Below, piece after piece: positions 27,213 through 30,421 of a DNA stretch of 30,421 bases. Each line of letters begins with the position of its first letter. The stretch's first letter is position 1. The notes beneath the pieces are model-generated. The model saw only the letters and a list, made by a program, of their open reading frames with translations, was not told the DNA's origin and searched no databases. The translations under genes and the position numbers were made by a program. This DNA is from Verrucomicrobia bacterium UBA3841 (lineage in GTDB: Bacteria > Verrucomicrobiota > Kiritimatiellia > RFP12 > UBA1067). The stretch is from contig DGHT01000015.1 of the NCBI GenBank assembly GCA_002392765.1, positions 16,531 through 46,951 of the forward strand. The letters run 5' to 3'.

Positions 27213-29018
27213 ATGAACAAGTCACAACAATACGATATCTTCATTTCATACCGCCGCGAGGGCGGATATGACACGGCGCAGCTGCTGTACGACCGGTTGA
27301 CGCAGATGGGCTATCGCGTGTCGTTCGACCTGGAGACGCTGCGCGGCGGGAAGTTCAACACGCAGCTCTACCGGCGCATCGAGCAATGCTCCGACATGCT
27401 TGTCATCATGAGCAGGGATTCTCTTAACCTTCGCGAGAATCACGAGGACGACTGGTTCCGGCTGGAGATCGCCCACGCGCTGAAGCACAAGAAGAACATC
27501 GTCCCCGTGTTCCTGCGTGACTTCAAGTTCCCTCAGAAAGGGGAGTTGCCAGACGATATAGCCGACCTGGTGGACTATCAGGGCGTCACGGCGTCGCAGG
27601 AACATTTCGACAGTGTGCTGAATCGGATATGCAGGAACTTCAAGGCGAAGCCCCATCGGCGCAAATGGCCGGTAGTCGCCGCCATTGCCGCAGCTCTTCT
27701 TGTCGGCGCGGGGATTGGAGTCTGGTTGAAGGCAGACAAGATTTTCCCGTATCCTTTTACCAGAGAGGCAAGACAGGAGGTTGATGCATACTATGGAACT
27801 GTGTTGCGGATTGGGGCCGCCTACAATGAATTTCTGTCCGCAAAGATGGAACTTCTTGACAAGGTCAGTTTGAGTATAGAAGCTGAAGACAAGGCGCCAT
27901 ATCAAGCCGCCGTACCAGAGTTCTTGCATCGACGCGGAATGGCGAGAAAAAATCTCGACGCCGCTGCTGAGGCGTTGGAAAGAGTTGTCAAGGAGAACCC
28001 CGGATTGCGTGTGGATCGCGCATACATACCGAATTTCCTGGAGGGGGTACGACAGGAATTCGGCGATGCGGATGAGTGGGCTGCTCTTTTCAGCCTCCCG
28101 TGTGATCCTGATTACGTATGCTCAAAGGCAAACAGGATTAGGATTGTCATGCTCAATCGCAAGGAGATTGAGATATATGCCGACGTGTTTGCCTATGGCG
28201 TCATGTTCCTTTTCGACATGATTTCGCCGGAAGCGCTCGCTGACTTTAGGGAAGTCGCGGCAAAACAGTGGACGATGTTGAAGCGGTTCAGAGGTGAATG
28301 GCTGTCAGATCAAAAGCAGATTGAACAGAATGGCGAGGCTTCGCTGAACCAGCTTCAAGAAGTGGTCGAGGAGCGTGCGCAGATAATAGGAAATACGGCA
28401 CAGGCCCTGGAGCAGGCTAAGCGCAACACCAGGCAAATGAGAATGGACGCGGGAATGTCGCCGGAACAAGCCGAGAGAATCGGCAAGAAGGAGGAGGAGC
28501 TTGAGAATTTGAAGGCGCAGAGGAAAGAGACGCAAAAAGCGATAGCGGATGCACGAGAGCGGCTCCGCAAGAAGTTCGCGCCGAAGGATGATGACGACAT
28601 TGGAATACTCTGGGGCAAGGCGTTGCGGTTCATGTCAGTCAATATGCCGGAGGAGGCGAAGCGGTGTGCAGATGTTTTGCGTCGGCGCAATACGCCGGAT
28701 TTCCCGCCATCGGCGATAGACACCGCGGAGGCGATCATCCTGTCTAAAGGCGCGTTGCCGTTTGTGGGTGGTGTCTTGGTTTGTTCATACGAACCGCCGG
28801 CTACGTCTCATGCGATATTCAAAATCGGAGACGTCGTCACGGAAGTGAACGAGAAACCATGTCTGTACTTCGAGGATTACAGCAGCAAGGCCGGCAACAC
28901 CTACACGATATACCGTCGAAACGCGAAGGGCCAGTTTGACAAGCTGACGGCAACCATGCCTGAAGGCCAGCCGCGTGTGGCTCTGGTGGATTTGGCGGAG
29001 AAGGGCGACCGCAAGTAG
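27213..29018 (+). CDS. TIR domain - TM helix - coiled-coil region - PDZ-like C-terminal domain protein
   Basis: GGAG lies 7 nt upstream of the ATG. TIR start YDIFISYRREGGYD...VIMSRDSL...DDWFRLEIAHAL...IVPVFL. KAKPHRRK precedes the helix WPVVAAIAAALLVGAGIGVWL (27666-27728). A charged heptad-like stretch runs about 28300-28580. The C-terminus is IFKIGDVVTEVN...YRRNAKGQFD...LVDL. Confidence 0.75.
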   Translation: MNKSQQYDIFISYRREGGYDTAQLLYDRLTQMGYRVSFDLETLRGGKFNTQLYRRIEQCSDMLVIMSRDSLNLRENHEDDWFRLEIAHALKHKKNIVPVFLRDFKFPQKGELPDDIADLVDYQGVTASQEHFDSVLNRICRNFKAKPHRRKWPVVAAIAAALLVGAGIGVWLKADKIFPYPFTREARQEVDAYYGTVLRIGAAYNEFLSAKMELLDKVSLSIEAEDKAPYQAAVPEFLHRRGMARKNLDAAAEALERVVKENPGLRVDRAYIPNFLEGVRQEFGDADEWAALFSLPCDPDYVCSKANRIRIVMLNRKEIEIYADVFAYGVMFLFDMISPEALADFREVAAKQWTMLKRFRGEWLSDQKQIEQNGEASLNQLQEVVEERAQIIGNTAQALEQAKRNTRQMRMDAGMSPEQAERIGKKEEELENLKAQRKETQKAIADARERLRKKFAPKDDDDIGILWGKALRFMSVNMPEEAKRCADVLRRRNTPDFPPSAIDTAEAIILSKGALPFVGGVLVCSYEPPATSHAIFKIGDVVTEVNEKPCLYFEDYSSKAGNTYTIYRRNAKGQFDKLTATMPEGQPRVALVDLAEKGDRK

Positions 29019-29042
29019 GCAGGCGAGATTAAGACAAATGCA

Positions 29043-29702
29043 ATGAAACCTAAGCGAATAATCCTAGTGCGGCACGGACGGTCGGCGGCGAATGAGGATC
29101 CGACCGTGTACAGTCGTGTGCCCGACTACAAGATCGAGCTTGTGGAGCAGGGGCTGGAAGAGGCTCGCCGGGCTGGAGAGCATATTCGCGATCTGATTGG
29201 ATCCGAATCCTACGGTGTGTATGTTTCGCCGTATCGCCGTACCTTGCAGACCAAGGAATGCATTGTTGAACGGATAGGTTTTGCGCCTGCATTTGATTAT
29301 CAGGAACCATACCTTCGCGAGCAGGAGATGGGCAATATGCCGGCAATCATCGATAATGAGTTGAACTGGGCGGCACGAAAGAAGTACGGGACGTTCTTCT
29401 ATCGATTCCCGGACGGCGAGTCGTGCGCGGACATCTATGACCGCATGTGCGGATTCCTCGACAATCTCCACCGGCAGTTTGGCAATCCGGACTATCCCCG
29501 GAACATCATAATCGTCACGCACAGCGTCGCCATGTGCTGCTTCCTCTTCCGCTGGTATCACTGGACGGTGGAGAAGTTCGACTCTCTGCCGCTCTTGCCA
29601 AACTGCCACATCGCCGTCATGACACGCGGAGATGACGGGGCGTTTGTGCTGACCGAGCCATATTCCATGAAACCGTATCTGTCAACTGACGACAACCAAT
29701 GA
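29043..29702 (+). CDS. Histidine phosphatase superfamily (phosphoglycerate mutase-like) protein
   Basis: The N-terminal RIILVRHGRSAAN carries the RHG catalytic motif. SPYRRTLQT and IIIVTHSVAM follow at the expected spacing. 219 aa. Confidence 0.75.
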   Translation: MKPKRIILVRHGRSAANEDPTVYSRVPDYKIELVEQGLEEARRAGEHIRDLIGSESYGVYVSPYRRTLQTKECIVERIGFAPAFDYQEPYLREQEMGNMPAIIDNELNWAARKKYGTFFYRFPDGESCADIYDRMCGFLDNLHRQFGNPDYPRNIIIVTHSVAMCCFLFRWYHWTVEKFDSLPLLPNCHIAVMTRGDDGAFVLTEPYSMKPYLSTDDNQ

Positions 29703-29761
29703 AGTACGACATTTTTGCAAGCTGCTCGCGCAAGGACAGCCTGGTTGTCCAGTCCATCTGA
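29699..29761 (+). pseudogene. 20-codon stump of a TIR-domain gene
   Basis: Its ATG overlaps the phosphatase TGA (ATGA). It reads MKYDIFASCSRKDSLVVQSI then stop. YD(I/V)F(I/A)S.SRKD is the typical first strand of bacterial TIR domains. It ends 14 nt before the right repeat. Confidence 0.5.
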
Positions 29762-29775
29762 ACAAGCCGATTTAA

Positions 29776-29851
29776 GTTTCTTTTTTCTGTTGCCATTCGA
29801 CGCGGGCTTATGATATAATCCTTGCGAACCTCAAATCAGGTTCAAAAACCC
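29776..29851 (+). repeat. Right copy of 76-bp perfect direct repeat
   Basis: Identical to 16743-16818. Confidence 0.95.
29790..29819 (+). promoter_or_regulatory. Sigma70-like promoter inside the right repeat
   Basis: TTGCCA (29790-29795), 18-nt spacer, TATAAT (29814-29819). It lies 59 nt upstream of the ATG at 29879, which has GGAGG upstream. Confidence 0.45.
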
Positions 29852-29878
29852 TAAAGACCCGAAAATGGAGGTGTGGAG

Positions 29879-30421
29879 ATGAAAAAGAGGTTGATTGCTG
29901 TAATTGCCGCCGCAGGCGCTGTCGCGGCTCATGCTGATGCGTGGGACGACATGATAAGGGGCCAGCTCAGTCAGATGAACGCTCCAGCGCCGTCAAGCAG
30001 GGAGAATCCCGTCGAGTACTTACAAAAATGCTGGGATGCCACGGAAGCCGGGAATTGGGGGGATGCCGTAAGATACATGAAACGATGCGTCGAACTTGAA
30101 AAGAATGCCGGGATTCTCCGGTGCGACTGCAATCTTGCCGGATACTACGTGTGGTTGGCGATGCTGCAGTGGAACTACGACGAGGCAGGTTCGGCGCGCA
30201 GTTCGATGGAGGAGGCGGTAAGGCTGATGAAGTACGGGGAAAGTCTTGGAAACGGTTGCGAAAAGCTCGCCGAGAAATTCCTCGCTAAATTGCGTTCCGG
30301 CGATTTGCCGTCCACATTTACTCCGACGGATATTCTTTCAGATTGCGGCGTCTGCAAAAACATCATGGCTCCTGTAGAGGCGAGGTTCTGGAAATGCACT
30401 AACGCCAGCATTTCGAGATCC
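29879..30421 (+). CDS. Secreted hypothetical protein (5' partial, runs off the window)
   Basis: Not in the ORF track because no stop is reached. My translation of 181 codons is open. It starts MKKRLIAVIAAAGAVAAHA (signal-peptide-like) after GGAGG. Several Cys and helical repeat-like segments are present. Confidence 0.55.
   Translation, partial: MKKRLIAVIAAAGAVAAHADAWDDMIRGQLSQMNAPAPSSRENPVEYLQKCWDATEAGNWGDAVRYMKRCVELEKNAGILRCDCNLAGYYVWLAMLQWNYDEAGSARSSMEEAVRLMKYGESLGNGCEKLAEKFLAKLRSGDLPSTFTPTDILSDCGVCKNIMAPVEARFWKCTNASISRS

Larger units (their letters stand above)
16743..29851. mobile_element. Putative tRNA-Gln-adjacent genomic (defence) island bounded by 76-bp direct repeats; no recombinase seen
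   Basis: Perfect 76-bp direct repeats at both ends, starting 14 nt after a tRNA. The interior is AT-richer and mosaic, with pseudogenes and gene stumps. Cargo is dominated by TIR, SIR2, STAND and RyR domains. Confidence 0.55.

Noticed and set aside
16819-29775. Integrase, transposase or other mobility gene inside the island
   Set aside because: I read all ORFs of 60 aa or more on both strands. None shows tyrosine or serine recombinase motifs or DDE transposase motifs. Mobility therefore rests only on the repeats, the tRNA context and composition.

Overview
High-GC diderm bacterial chromosome segment in which every credible gene lies on the + strand. Hand counts of single 60-nt lines give 38/60 and 34/60 G+C in the core. 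The left ~16.7 kb is housekeeping. It holds a pcnB-like poly(A) polymerase, a TPR-like membrane protein with a Pro/Ala repeat tail, and an mlaE-mlaF-mlaD-like operon with a coupled HExxH protein. It also holds ilvD, a hypothetical protein with a C2H2-spaced motif, pheT, a secreted protein and a class I/II aminotransferase. It ends with a secreted protein carrying a ~20-residue poly-Asp tail, ispE, and a tRNA-Gln(UUG) that overlaps the ispE stop. Fourteen nt after the tRNA begins a ~13.1-kb insertion bracketed by a perfect 76-bp direct repeat (16743-16818 / 29776-29851). The repeat itself carries a -35/-10 promoter. The insertion is compositionally mosaic, with 26/60 and 25/60 G+C in sample lines of its core, and I saw no recombinase in it. 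It is packed with immune-type domains. First comes a translationally coupled 7-gene operon: M48 peptidase with Zn ribbon, a small acidic protein, a TM Zn-ribbon protein, a TM-Rossmann-RyR protein, a solo RyR-domain protein, a SIR2-like-TIR fusion, and a 1337-aa STAND NTPase. The STAND protein has a TM helix, a YD-like repeat ectodomain and a PDZ-like end. After the operon come a decayed AAA_14/DUF4143 ATPase, a TIR-TM-coiled coil-PDZ-like protein, a histidine phosphatase and a 20-codon TIR gene stump. My candidate for an undescribed system is the RyR + SIR2-TIR + membrane-spanning STAND operon. All domain calls are by-eye motif recognition and none was checked by HMM or BLAST.
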